Notes under the pieces: generated by a model | Told to the model about the DNA's origin: nothing | What the model saw: only the letters and a program-made list of their open reading frames with translations | The model's database searches: none | NCBI GenBank assembly: GCA_041177405.1 | Contig: JBEDBF010000001.1 | Location: forward strand, 1-42,303 | Reading direction: 5' to 3' | DNA from: Chloroflexota bacterium | GTDB taxonomy: Bacteria > Chloroflexota > Limnocylindria > Limnocylindrales > Limnocylindraceae | DNA: 42,303 bases | Made by a program: the position numbers and the translations under genes | Shown: piece after piece, positions 30,801 through 38,197 of the stretch | Numbering within the stretch: the stretch's first letter is position 1 | Layout: each line of letters begins with the position of its first letter

Positions 30801-31965
30801 CGTCACCGCCGTCGCCGTCGTGGTTACCCGCCGAGCGCGAGACGACAGTCGTGCCTTATTCGATCTGCAGCGTGTGAGTGATGCGGTCGCGTCCGGCGCA
30901 TCAGCACTCCTGGTCGGCGCAACACTTATTGCACTCCCGCTTGCGGTGTATCTCATCAGTTATCTCCCGTGGGCAGCGCTAGGCAATCAAATTGTTGAAG
31001 GGTGGCCGCCTGGCAACGACGGGAGAACGCTCGCCGACCTCACCACCTCCATGTACCAGTACCACGACACGCTTCGCGTCGCGCACGCCGCAAGCTCGCC
31101 GTGGTGGGCGTGGCCGTTTGACCTGAAGCCGGTCTGGTTCTTCCAGGAGAGCTTTGCGGCAATCGGCGGATGGAGCGGTGCAATCTACAACGGAGGAAAC
31201 GTGGCTTCGCGCGTCCTCGGCCTCGCCGCTGGCGCATGGCTTGTTCGCCAAGCCTGGACGCAGAAGAGCTGGGGCCTCGCAAGCATCGCGGTGCTCTTCT
31301 TTGCACTCTGGCTACCATGGGCACGCGTAGATCGCGCGGCATTTCAGTACCACTACTTCCCGTCGTCACAGATTGCGTTGATCGCGCTTGCACTCCTCCT
31401 TGCAGATCTTCGAAACGGAGCGACGCGTGCCGTTCGCATGGCACAACTTGGATTCGCCGCACTCATTCTGGCCGCACCACTTCTCTGGGCGACAACCCCG
31501 CTTCTATGCGCAGCCGCTGGAGTTCTTGACGTTTACCCTGAGAGCCACGTCTGTCTCTCTTCTGGGCTTGCAACACCAGGCCCGGTCGTTGGTGCGCTGC
31601 TCTTGATCCCCGCCGGATATGCGGCCTGGTCGCTACGCCATATCAGCGATCCGCGACGCCTCTTCCGCTGGTTGATCGCCACAATCGGACTCGTTGCGCT
31701 GATCTGGTATCCGAACTGGTCAGCACTCCCCTTGCCAACCGGAGTACACAACGCGTACCAGGGCCTTCTCCCAACGTGGACGTGGTCGTTCCAGTTCGGC
31801 GTGACACTCGAGAAGCCAGTTGACGTCCCGCTCGTGAGTGGAGCAACGTTTCTCTTTGCCGCGGCTCTCGCAGCAGTTGCGCTCCTTACGTATGCGTTAC
31901 TCGAGTACGCGCGGCGACGAGAACTCCACGAGGATCGCGCGAAGCGGAACTCCATCGGTCGCTAG
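27802..31965 (+). CDS. Giant polytopic GT-C glycosyltransferase: N-terminal GT-C module fused to a PMT (GT39)-like protein O-mannosyltransferase module with a large loop insertion
   Basis: The first ~430 aa form a multi-TM module with DLEAFRFWA ... FLDYLPGY (an ALG6/8- or DUF2029-like look). The PMT loop-1 signature RFHFDEVYH ... EYTHPHLAKY sits at 29209-29325. Further motifs are GFVQSRIGMNDAF and C-terminal SSPWWAWPFDLKPVWFF, plus many TM helices. Confidence 0.8.
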   Translation: MSTSLIIALAVALRMIIAYVLLPADAGFTADLEAFRFWAADLGANGPLGSYERGYFLDYLPGYLWILWPLGALSGALTGSFDPGALIKLPGILADGLLILVTVRLASELGASTRAQRVVALLLAFTPVVWLNSAVWGQVDAVGTSALIVAVTELIKGRTLRGAALAALAAVIKPQFGILIPLIAVIAVVRARRSGDAWSLPLVALTGTAVVSVIALPFGLTVIDVIQRVGTAAATYPYLSVNAWNLWALADSGGTGIILNGGWGSDTVPLFGFGPPALFVGTLLLVAAIAVAGWAARHDERTRTVAALALIAIAFFLLPTRVHERYLFPAVPLTLALAAAHPRWRIVAALTALVLIINTWGVLTLEYLQSPGIPDLGPITDALHSPTAIITAVCATTVAFAVAGHQLLQLPTGESRVVRRRAAPVRVIDETNSSSAAPRARLTRVDLWMLAVIAVTALSLRGWRVGEPTRFHFDEVYHVRTATEFMQHWRYGEPHAIYEYTHPHLAKYAIAGGLELFGAPRVDGGGTYGAPILAIASRQEGAQGAPRIWVATAAGIDVISSETRAIIARIDEPGVRALSVAGDGSLWGISARGEVLHAPGDAVEGAENNPLTRWDISVPTIHTVRGAGDVAFVATTSEVLRVERGAVTARADVDGVHAIETVRVDETSHLIVAGSTGLTLLKADDLSGAQRTAVTGGVVAIGVIDWFDEPRVYAAGRDEITAFTLRSDTEASRVASISISGASAIIVNNATRVVHAVAPTRAASSGAALWSIEPNGNAYFADTELRNPESQNPEPLMSSAVVGAVIDGSAELPDGGRGELITAWPNGEMVQVAVGDLSSGWRWPGVIAGAAAAALLALLARLLTERRDVAALTGLLALLDGAGFVQSRIGMNDAFLLAALLAAACAFVAWAQGRARGAAGGSLLLLAAGSALGLALASKWVALYGIGALGLIWLARSAWGRALAVVGLIGIGALLLPSALSVPADGGRLPNLPFLAVVTLVTAVAVVVTRRARDDSRALFDLQRVSDAVASGASALLVGATLIALPLAVYLISYLPWAALGNQIVEGWPPGNDGRTLADLTTSMYQYHDTLRVAHAASSPWWAWPFDLKPVWFFQESFAAIGGWSGAIYNGGNVASRVLGLAAGAWLVRQAWTQKSWGLASIAVLFFALWLPWARVDRAAFQYHYFPSSQIALIALALLLADLRNGATRAVRMAQLGFAALILAAPLLWATTPLLCAAAGVLDVYPESHVCLSSGLATPGPVVGALLLIPAGYAAWSLRHISDPRRLFRWLIATIGLVALIWYPNWSALPLPTGVHNAYQGLLPTWTWSFQFGVTLEKPVDVPLVSGATFLFAAALAAVALLTYALLEYARRRELHEDRAKRNSIGR

Positions 31966-32235
31966 GAGACGTTCAACCGCCGCAGGGAGCGCGACCGCCT
32001 CTCCAGAGGCGACACGTTGACGCTCATCTGCGAGTGCCAGCCACCCACCACCCTCAATGACGATCAAGAGCCCGTCATTCGGAGAGCGAAGTGGACCAAG
32101 CGCCGCGCGTTCGCTCAGTGCGATTTCTGTGATGTGTGCGCTTGCGCCAGCGTGTAGGAGCGCGCTTTCAACGCCGGTTGCTCCGGAGCCGCGATCGGGT
32201 CGACGCTGTCCTGGTCCGAAGCGGCGGATCTCCAC
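31897..32235 (-). CDS. Small cupin-fold protein
   Basis: 112 aa with a beta-rich pattern (HITEIALS ... GLLIVIEGGGWLALADERQRVASGEAVALPA) typical of single-domain cupins. It is downstream of and co-oriented with the 32246..32674 gene. The 3-prime end overlaps the convergent GT-C gene by 69 nt. Confidence 0.55.
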   Translation of the reverse strand: MEIRRFGPGQRRPDRGSGATGVESALLHAGASAHITEIALSERAALGPLRSPNDGLLIVIEGGGWLALADERQRVASGEAVALPAAVERLLATDGVPLRAILVEFSSPRVLE

Positions 32236-32245
32236 CGCGTTACGC

Positions 32246-32674
32246 TCAGCGCTTCTTACTGCCGCCGCGGCGATTCGGTCGCTTCAGAGTCGCTTCAACA
32301 CCGTCGCTCACCTGGCGTCGTGCCCGCAACATCTCCTCATGCGCCGCCTCAGCGGCAAGCTGCGGCGGGAAACGGTTAACGACCGTGTCGCGAAGGAGGT
32401 AGAGGCCAACGGCGGTAGTGATGATGGGGAAGAGGCCGTACCACTGGAATGCCGCGTAGACGAGGTTCAAGCCAAAGGTGCTCACGCCGATCCAGAGCAG
32501 ATACTCCCACTCGGTGCCGATCACTCCTCGCCCATGCGCGCCGCGCGTCGACCATGCGTAGGCGACGATGGTGAAGATGAAGAGGAGTAGGTTCACCACC
32601 CAGAACGGGGTGTAGAACGTGCCAAGCCGCGCATTCAGCGCGACGAAGAGATACTCCCAGGGCCACTGCGCCAT
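32246..32674 (-). CDS. Hypothetical membrane protein (about 4 TM helices, basic C-terminal tail)
   Basis: Hydrophobic segments FWVVNLLLFIFTIVAYAW, LLWIGVSTFGLNLVYAAF, GLFPIITTAVGLYLL. Tail KRPNRRGGSKKR. No family recognised. Confidence 0.6.
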   Translation of the reverse strand: MAQWPWEYLFVALNARLGTFYTPFWVVNLLLFIFTIVAYAWSTRGAHGRGVIGTEWEYLLWIGVSTFGLNLVYAAFQWYGLFPIITTAVGLYLLRDTVVNRFPPQLAAEAAHEEMLRARRQVSDGVEATLKRPNRRGGSKKR

Positions 32675-32747
32675 TCGGTTACCTCACTCGCAACTATTGA
32701 CCCGACAAGTGGTCGGCTCGTCAGGCGAGTATGCCATCATCGCCCTC

Positions 32748-34148
32748 ATGCGGGTCCTCCTCGTCGCCAGCCCAGCGCACCCAACGGTTGCACGGCTCAC
32801 GCCCACACTCGCCACCCTCGTCGCGCAAGGCTGCCGCATCGAGGCGCACCTCCCCCTCTCTGATGAGCTCACTCGTGAAGGGATCCCACACACAGGGCTC
32901 GACGACCCCGCGCTTGACGCTGCACTTCGCGGCCTCACCAGCGTCGATCTCCTTATTGCTCCGCTCGCGGCCGCCGCCGCCTTTGCCGGCGCCGCCGCCC
33001 TCGCCGCCACCGCACACGCCATCGGGAGAGGGGACGACGCACCACTTCTCCTGGTTGATGCGAACGACGCAGGGGATCTCGTTGGGTCGCTCGCCATGGC
33101 GCGCGACGGGGGGTCGGTCGGCGCGGCGGTTCGCGAACGACTGATGCAAAGTGCCGCCTTTGCGCTGGCCTCTGCACTCGCCCCGGTCGCTCACGGCGGC
33201 GACGAATTTCCTGAGCGACAACTCCTCCTCCTCGAACGAATGCGAACCTTTCAGCATGGCGAAAACCCACACCAGCGCGCTGCCGCATACCAGTACGCAT
33301 CACGAAACAGGGCCGGAGTGCTCGGCGCACGCCTTGTCCAGGGCAGTGAGCCAACACTGAACGACTTGTTGGACCTCGATGCTGGTGCGCGACTCGTTGC
33401 CGACCTGCCGATTCCAAGCGCCGCGCTCATCCGTCATACGGATCCAATCGGCGCGGCAACCGCTGAAACTCCGCTCGGAGCGCTGAAGCGCGCACTCGAG
33501 ACTGATCACACGGCAACATCAGGTGCAATCGTTGCGTTGAACACGCCAATCGATCGCGCAGTTGCAGTTGAGATTGCGAGCGGTAGCTACGAAGCGGCTG
33601 TCGCCCCTGGCGTTGCCGATGAGAGTGCCGCCTCTGCGCTTGCCGCGCGCCCAGAACTTCGCGTGCTGCTCTATGCACCAGAGCACCCACAAACCCCCGA
33701 ACTGATTGGGCTCGGCGACGCACTCTTAATGCAGACCCCAGACCACGGCGCCATTGAGCGCAGCGAGCTTCGTGTGGTGACGGAGCGCCGACCCACACTC
33801 GAAGAGCTCACCGATGCCCTCTTTGCCTGGCGAGTCGTACGCCATGTTCGCTCCAATGCAATTGTCGTGGCGCGAAACGCCAGCACGCTTGGCATCGGTG
33901 CCGCACAAGTGAATCGCCGCGTGGCAGTTGAGATTGCGTTGCAACGCGCGGGTGATCGTGCGCGCGGCGCGGTCATGGCGTCAGATGCGTACTTTCCATT
34001 CGCGGAAGGGATCGCCGCTGCCGCCGCCGCGGGCGTGACCGCAGTAGTGCAACCAGGCGGTTCGCGCCGGGATAACGCGGCGATTGAGATTGCAAATCGA
34101 AACGGGATGGCGATGCTGTTTACCGGGCGTCGCCACTACCGAAGGTAG
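32748..34148 (+). CDS. PurH-like protein: recognisable AICAR-transformylase-type C-terminal domain, degenerate MGS/IMP-cyclohydrolase-type N-terminal domain
   Basis: C-terminal matches to PurH: HGENPHQ, GIGAAQVNRR, ASDAYFPFAEG, VVQPGGSRRD, MLFTGRRHYRR. The N-terminal 150 aa lack the SVSDK, STGGT and DGRVKTLHP motifs. ATG 32748 is chosen because the track start 32619 overlaps the divergent gene. Confidence 0.75.
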   Translation: MRVLLVASPAHPTVARLTPTLATLVAQGCRIEAHLPLSDELTREGIPHTGLDDPALDAALRGLTSVDLLIAPLAAAAAFAGAAALAATAHAIGRGDDAPLLLVDANDAGDLVGSLAMARDGGSVGAAVRERLMQSAAFALASALAPVAHGGDEFPERQLLLLERMRTFQHGENPHQRAAAYQYASRNRAGVLGARLVQGSEPTLNDLLDLDAGARLVADLPIPSAALIRHTDPIGAATAETPLGALKRALETDHTATSGAIVALNTPIDRAVAVEIASGSYEAAVAPGVADESAASALAARPELRVLLYAPEHPQTPELIGLGDALLMQTPDHGAIERSELRVVTERRPTLEELTDALFAWRVVRHVRSNAIVVARNASTLGIGAAQVNRRVAVEIALQRAGDRARGAVMASDAYFPFAEGIAAAAAAGVTAVVQPGGSRRDNAAIEIANRNGMAMLFTGRRHYRR

Positions 34149-34153
34149 CGACA

Positions 34154-35332
34154 ATGGAAGAATCGCTCGCCGCGCGTATCGTTGCGGAGATCCGCGAGCG
34201 AGGACCAATCAGTTTTGCGCGATTCATGGAGCGCGCACTCACTGAGCCAGGTATCGGCTACTACGTTGGCCCGCATGCACGCGCAGGGCGAGAGGGTGAC
34301 TTCATTACCGCACCAGAGATGCACGGGATTCTCGGTTCAGCACTTGCACGGCTGTTTACCCAAACATGGGAGCGGCTCGATCGACCAACACCGTTTCGCT
34401 ATACCGAGTACGGCGCCGGATCTGGCACACTCGTCTGCGCCATCATCGATCAGCTCATCAGAGATACATCACCACTCCTTGAGGCGCTTGAGATCCAACT
34501 GATTGAAGTCAATGAACACCGCGTAGAAGAGTTGAAAGCTGCGGTGAGCGCACGTGCGCTCCGTCAGCCGCTGAACATCGTGCACGTTGATGCACCCCCG
34601 GTGGCGGGAGTTGTTGTGGCGAACGAATATCTCGACGCACTCCCGTTTCACATCTATGTGGGACGAGCAGCGACCGCCTGCGGCGTTGCAGAGCGTCGTG
34701 TTGGAGTCAACGAGCGCGGCGTACTTGATTGGGTGGAAGTGCCGCTGGACGAATCCGAAGCTGAGCGAGTGCGTCAGCGGTTTGGGGCACCACTCGCTGA
34801 AGGGCAACGCGCAGAGGCCTGCTTTGCTGCAGACAGATGGCCGTCCGAACTGGCGCAACGAATCAGTCATGGGCTTGTGGTGGTGATTGACTACGGCCGC
34901 GAAGGGGTTGAACTGCGTGACGCTGCGAGCCGCGCGGCCGGGACGGCACTTGCCTATCAGGGGCATCGGGCCACGGACGACCTCTTGGGGGACCCAGGGG
35001 GGCGCGACCTGACCGCCCACGTTGACTTGACCGCCCTGCGAGTCGCCGCCACCGCGGCGGGGCTCACCCCGATCGCCTCCACCAGCCAGGCGGCACTCCT
35101 CGCAGGGGCGGGCCTTGATGACGAAATCGAGCGGATCCGCCGAGGGCCAGAGGCGACCCTTGAGGGGGCGATCGCCCTTCGCGCGGCGCTTGCACGGCTG
35201 ATGAACCCCCGGAGCATGGGTGGCTTTGCCGTTGAGCTCTTCGCCCTCGGCTCGGCTGAGCACATTTCACGCCTCTCAGATGCGAGAAATCCGCTCCCTG
35301 GAGCGGCGGCTCCGATCCGCCCCCTCGTCTAG
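34154..35332 (+). CDS. Class I SAM-dependent methyltransferase of the DUF185 / MidA / NDUFAF7 family
   Basis: ISFARFMERALTEPGIGYY, GDFITAPEMHGILGSALA, EYGAGSGTL, ANEYLDALP, DLTAHVDLTAL match the family pattern. Confidence 0.8.
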   Translation: MEESLAARIVAEIRERGPISFARFMERALTEPGIGYYVGPHARAGREGDFITAPEMHGILGSALARLFTQTWERLDRPTPFRYTEYGAGSGTLVCAIIDQLIRDTSPLLEALEIQLIEVNEHRVEELKAAVSARALRQPLNIVHVDAPPVAGVVVANEYLDALPFHIYVGRAATACGVAERRVGVNERGVLDWVEVPLDESEAERVRQRFGAPLAEGQRAEACFAADRWPSELAQRISHGLVVVIDYGREGVELRDAASRAAGTALAYQGHRATDDLLGDPGGRDLTAHVDLTALRVAATAAGLTPIASTSQAALLAGAGLDDEIERIRRGPEATLEGAIALRAALARLMNPRSMGGFAVELFALGSAEHISRLSDARNPLPGAAAPIRPLV

Positions 35333-35404
35333 AATCCTCGAAGGATCCACCCTTCGCCCCGCACGGGGCGCAGCACGGGAGCAGGGGTCCAACAGAGGAG
35401 CTGC

Positions 35405-35761
35405 ATGAACGGACTCTGGTACGTCCTCGGCTTCGCCGGCGCGGGTGTCTCCTTCGTCTTTTTGACGATCGGGATCGCCTGGCTGATCTCCCACCGTACG
35501 CGCGGAAGCCGAGGGAAGCAGGTGCCATACGAGTCGGGCATCGACACGTACGGCGACACCCACGGCCGCTTCGGCCTCTCCTTCTATCTCTACGCACTTC
35601 TCTTCGTTGCGTTCGATGTTGAGATCGTCTTTATTTACATCTGGGCGCTCAACTTCCAAACGCTCCTCATCGAAGGCCTCGTCTCCATGGCGGTCTTTAT
35701 CGGCGTCTTGCTGATCGGGCTCGCATATGCGTGGCGAAAAGGGGTGCTCGCATGGCGATGA
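35405..35761 (+). CDS. nuoA: NADH-quinone oxidoreductase subunit A
   Basis: 3-TM protein with YESGID ... [19 protein letters not shown]. Confidence 0.9.
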   Translation: MNGLWYVLGFAGAGVSFVFLTIGIAWLISHRTRGSRGKQVPYESGIDTYGDTHGRFGLSFYLYALLFVAFDVEIVFIYIWALNFQTLLIEGLVSMAVFIGVLLIGLAYAWRKGVLAWR

Positions 35762-36429
35762 CACGCGATCCAAAGAAGGCGTTGCAGGCTCCGATCGTCA
35801 CACCGAACACGCTCTGGACCACCGACGACCCGCGTGCATACGGTGGTCAGCCGCTCGCCGAACATCCGAACCTTGAGCTCGCGCGCTATGACGCCACTGG
35901 CGAAGGTCGCGTGGATGATGCGCGTTGGAGCGGAGCGCTTGGCGCGATCCCAACAAAGGCAGACATTGTGCTCGACCTAATCCGAGCAAACAGCCTCTGG
36001 CCACTTCTCTCCGGACTCGCATGTTGCGCGATCGAGATGATGTCAACCGCGACGCCAAAGAACGATATTGATCGCTGGGGGATGTTCCCCTTCCGCGCGT
36101 CGCCGCGACAGGCAGACGTGTTGATCGTCGCGGGAACACTGACAACAAAAATGGCGGAACCGCTCATTCGACTATGGGAGCAGATGCCAGAACCGAAGTG
36201 GGTTGTTGCAATGGGAGACTGCACCTGTTCAGGCGGTCGCTATAAGCGCAGCTACTCCGTGGTGCAAGGGATTGACCGCGTGATGCCCGTTGATGTCTAC
36301 ATCCCAGGATGTCCGCCACGACCAGAGGGCCTGATCTACGGAATGATGAAACTGCAGCAGCTGATTAAGGATCGTCGTGGACATTGGCCGGAGCGCGCAA
36401 TCGGCCCAACCGTTCCGGACGGAATCTAA
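35752..36429 (+). CDS. nuoB: NADH-quinone oxidoreductase subunit B (all four N2 cluster Cys present) with a long N-terminal extension
   Basis: [45 protein letters not shown]. The start is ATG 35752 or 35758, overlapping the nuoA stop. Confidence 0.9.
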   Translation: MAMTRDPKKALQAPIVTPNTLWTTDDPRAYGGQPLAEHPNLELARYDATGEGRVDDARWSGALGAIPTKADIVLDLIRANSLWPLLSGLACCAIEMMSTATPKNDIDRWGMFPFRASPRQADVLIVAGTLTTKMAEPLIRLWEQMPEPKWVVAMGDCTCSGGRYKRSYSVVQGIDRVMPVDVYIPGCPPRPEGLIYGMMKLQQLIKDRRGHWPERAIGPTVPDGI

Positions 36430-36980
36430 TGGATCGCGCGCTCGCCACTGCACTCCAGGAGCGCTTCGGCAACACGCTTCTCGCCCCCGTTCGTCAACGA
36501 TTTGACGAGACGGAGATTCGCGTCAGCATTGCTGATGCAATCCCAACGCTGCGCGCGCTACATGATGAACCTGCATTCGCATATGAAATGCTGATTGACC
36601 TTTGTGGGGTAGATACCGGTGAAGAGATGCAGGTCGTGTATCACCTTTCGTCGTCTCAAAGTGGTGACTGGCTTCGCGTGATCGTCCCCGGTATTGACCG
36701 AAGTGCGCCGCGCGTGAACTCGCTCGTCTCACTCTGGCCAGGCGCCGAATGGATGGAGCGCGAGGCCTACGACATGTTCGGCATCATCTTCGAAGGGAAT
36801 CGCGACCTTCGTCGCATCTACATGCCAGATGATTATGTGAGCCACCCGCTCCGAAAAGATTTCTATCTTGCAGACGACGCGTCGCGGTCACCGGCCGCTG
36901 GCGTTCGCAACATGGAGCGCGTGGGAACGCCCGTTGATGCCACCCGCAGCACGGCACTACGCAAGAGTCCAGGGGCATAA
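36429..36980 (+). CDS. nuoC: NADH-quinone oxidoreductase subunit C
   Basis: LIDLCGVD, SLWPGAEWMEREAYDMFGIIFEGN, DLRRI, HPLRKDF. ATG overlaps the nuoB TAA (TAATG). Confidence 0.9.
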   Translation: MDRALATALQERFGNTLLAPVRQRFDETEIRVSIADAIPTLRALHDEPAFAYEMLIDLCGVDTGEEMQVVYHLSSSQSGDWLRVIVPGIDRSAPRVNSLVSLWPGAEWMEREAYDMFGIIFEGNRDLRRIYMPDDYVSHPLRKDFYLADDASRSPAAGVRNMERVGTPVDATRSTALRKSPGA

Positions 36981-36982
36981 GC

Positions 36983-38197
36983 GTGACCACACCCCTGACG
37001 AAACCATCACTTGACGATCCAAGGATTGCGATCCCCGCTGCCTCCGAGTGGTACGAGCCCGCACCCACGGCGCAGACGGAGCGACAGGCGGAGTTCCTGA
37101 ACCTTCGCGACGGCGAGATGTTCATCAATATGGGGCCGCAACACCCGTCCACACACGGGGTGCTTCGCATCGTCGTCAAGGTGAACGGCGAGCAGGTTGT
37201 TGACCTTGACCCCGTGCTCGGATACCTCCACCGCGGCGTAGAGAAGCTCTGCGAGAACGCCGACTACCACCAGGCGATCTGCTACACCGACCCACTCGAA
37301 TACGTGGCCTCGCTCTTCTGCGAAGCCGCACCCGTGGCCGCCTTCGAGAAGCTGATGGATGTCGACGTCCCGCGCCGCGCGCAGTACATCCGCGTCCTCA
37401 CCATGGAGCTGAATCGCATCGCCAGTCACACCCTCTTCCAGGGGTGGATGGCGCTCGATCTTGGTGGGATCACGCCGATCCTCTGGTCGTTCATTGAACG
37501 CGATGAGATCGTGGACATGCTCGCGGCTCTCACGGGGCAGAAACTGCTCTACAACTACTACCGCATTGGTGGCGTGAACGGCGACCTCAATCACGAATTC
37601 ATGAGCCGACTCGGCAACTGGATGAGCCGCGCCGCCGCGCAGATCGATTCAAACCTTGGGTTGATGAACGAGAACGAAATCTTCGTTCGACGCACGCGCG
37701 GTCTCGGCACGCTTGATGCGGCTACTGCGCTGCGCATGGGTGTCACTGGACCAAACCTGCGCGCCACCGGCGTGCCGTTTGATCTCCGCCGCGATCACCC
37801 ATATCTGGTGTATCCAGAGCTTGAGTTCAACGTGCCAACACGCCAAGAGGGTGACTCGCTTGCGCGCTACATGGTTCGGATTGACGAGATTCGCGAGTCC
37901 ATTCGCATCATTGATCAGGTGCTGCACGAAATGCCAGATGGTCCAGTGATGGCGAAACTCCCGCGCCTGATCCGACCACGACCAGGCCGCGCATTCGGCG
38001 CGGTAGAAGGGCCGCGTGGCGCGTACGGCGTGTACGCAATCTCTGATGGCACCGATCAACCGTTCCGGATGCGCATTCACGACCCATCGTTCGTTCACTT
38101 GCAACTGGTGGGTCCGCTCACGCGCGGCAATTTGATTGCAGACACCATGGCGGTGATGGCAAGCCTTGATCCTGTCATGGGTGGGGTGGACAAGTGA
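36983..38197 (+). CDS. nuoD: NADH-quinone oxidoreductase subunit D
   Basis: NMGPQHPSTHGVLR, LGYLHRGVEKL, ELNRIASH, EGPRGAYGVY, HDPSF, DPVMGGVDK. Confidence 0.93.
   Translation: MTTPLTKPSLDDPRIAIPAASEWYEPAPTAQTERQAEFLNLRDGEMFINMGPQHPSTHGVLRIVVKVNGEQVVDLDPVLGYLHRGVEKLCENADYHQAICYTDPLEYVASLFCEAAPVAAFEKLMDVDVPRRAQYIRVLTMELNRIASHTLFQGWMALDLGGITPILWSFIERDEIVDMLAALTGQKLLYNYYRIGGVNGDLNHEFMSRLGNWMSRAAAQIDSNLGLMNENEIFVRRTRGLGTLDAATALRMGVTGPNLRATGVPFDLRRDHPYLVYPELEFNVPTRQEGDSLARYMVRIDEIRESIRIIDQVLHEMPDGPVMAKLPRLIRPRPGRAFGAVEGPRGAYGVYAISDGTDQPFRMRIHDPSFVHLQLVGPLTRGNLIADTMAVMASLDPVMGGVDK

Noticed and set aside
32619-32747. The N-terminal 43 codons of the track ORF for the PurH-like gene.
   Set aside because: This part overlaps the start of the divergent membrane-protein gene (to 32674) and has no PurH similarity. 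ATG 32748 (MRVLLVAS) aligns with the usual PurH N-terminus.
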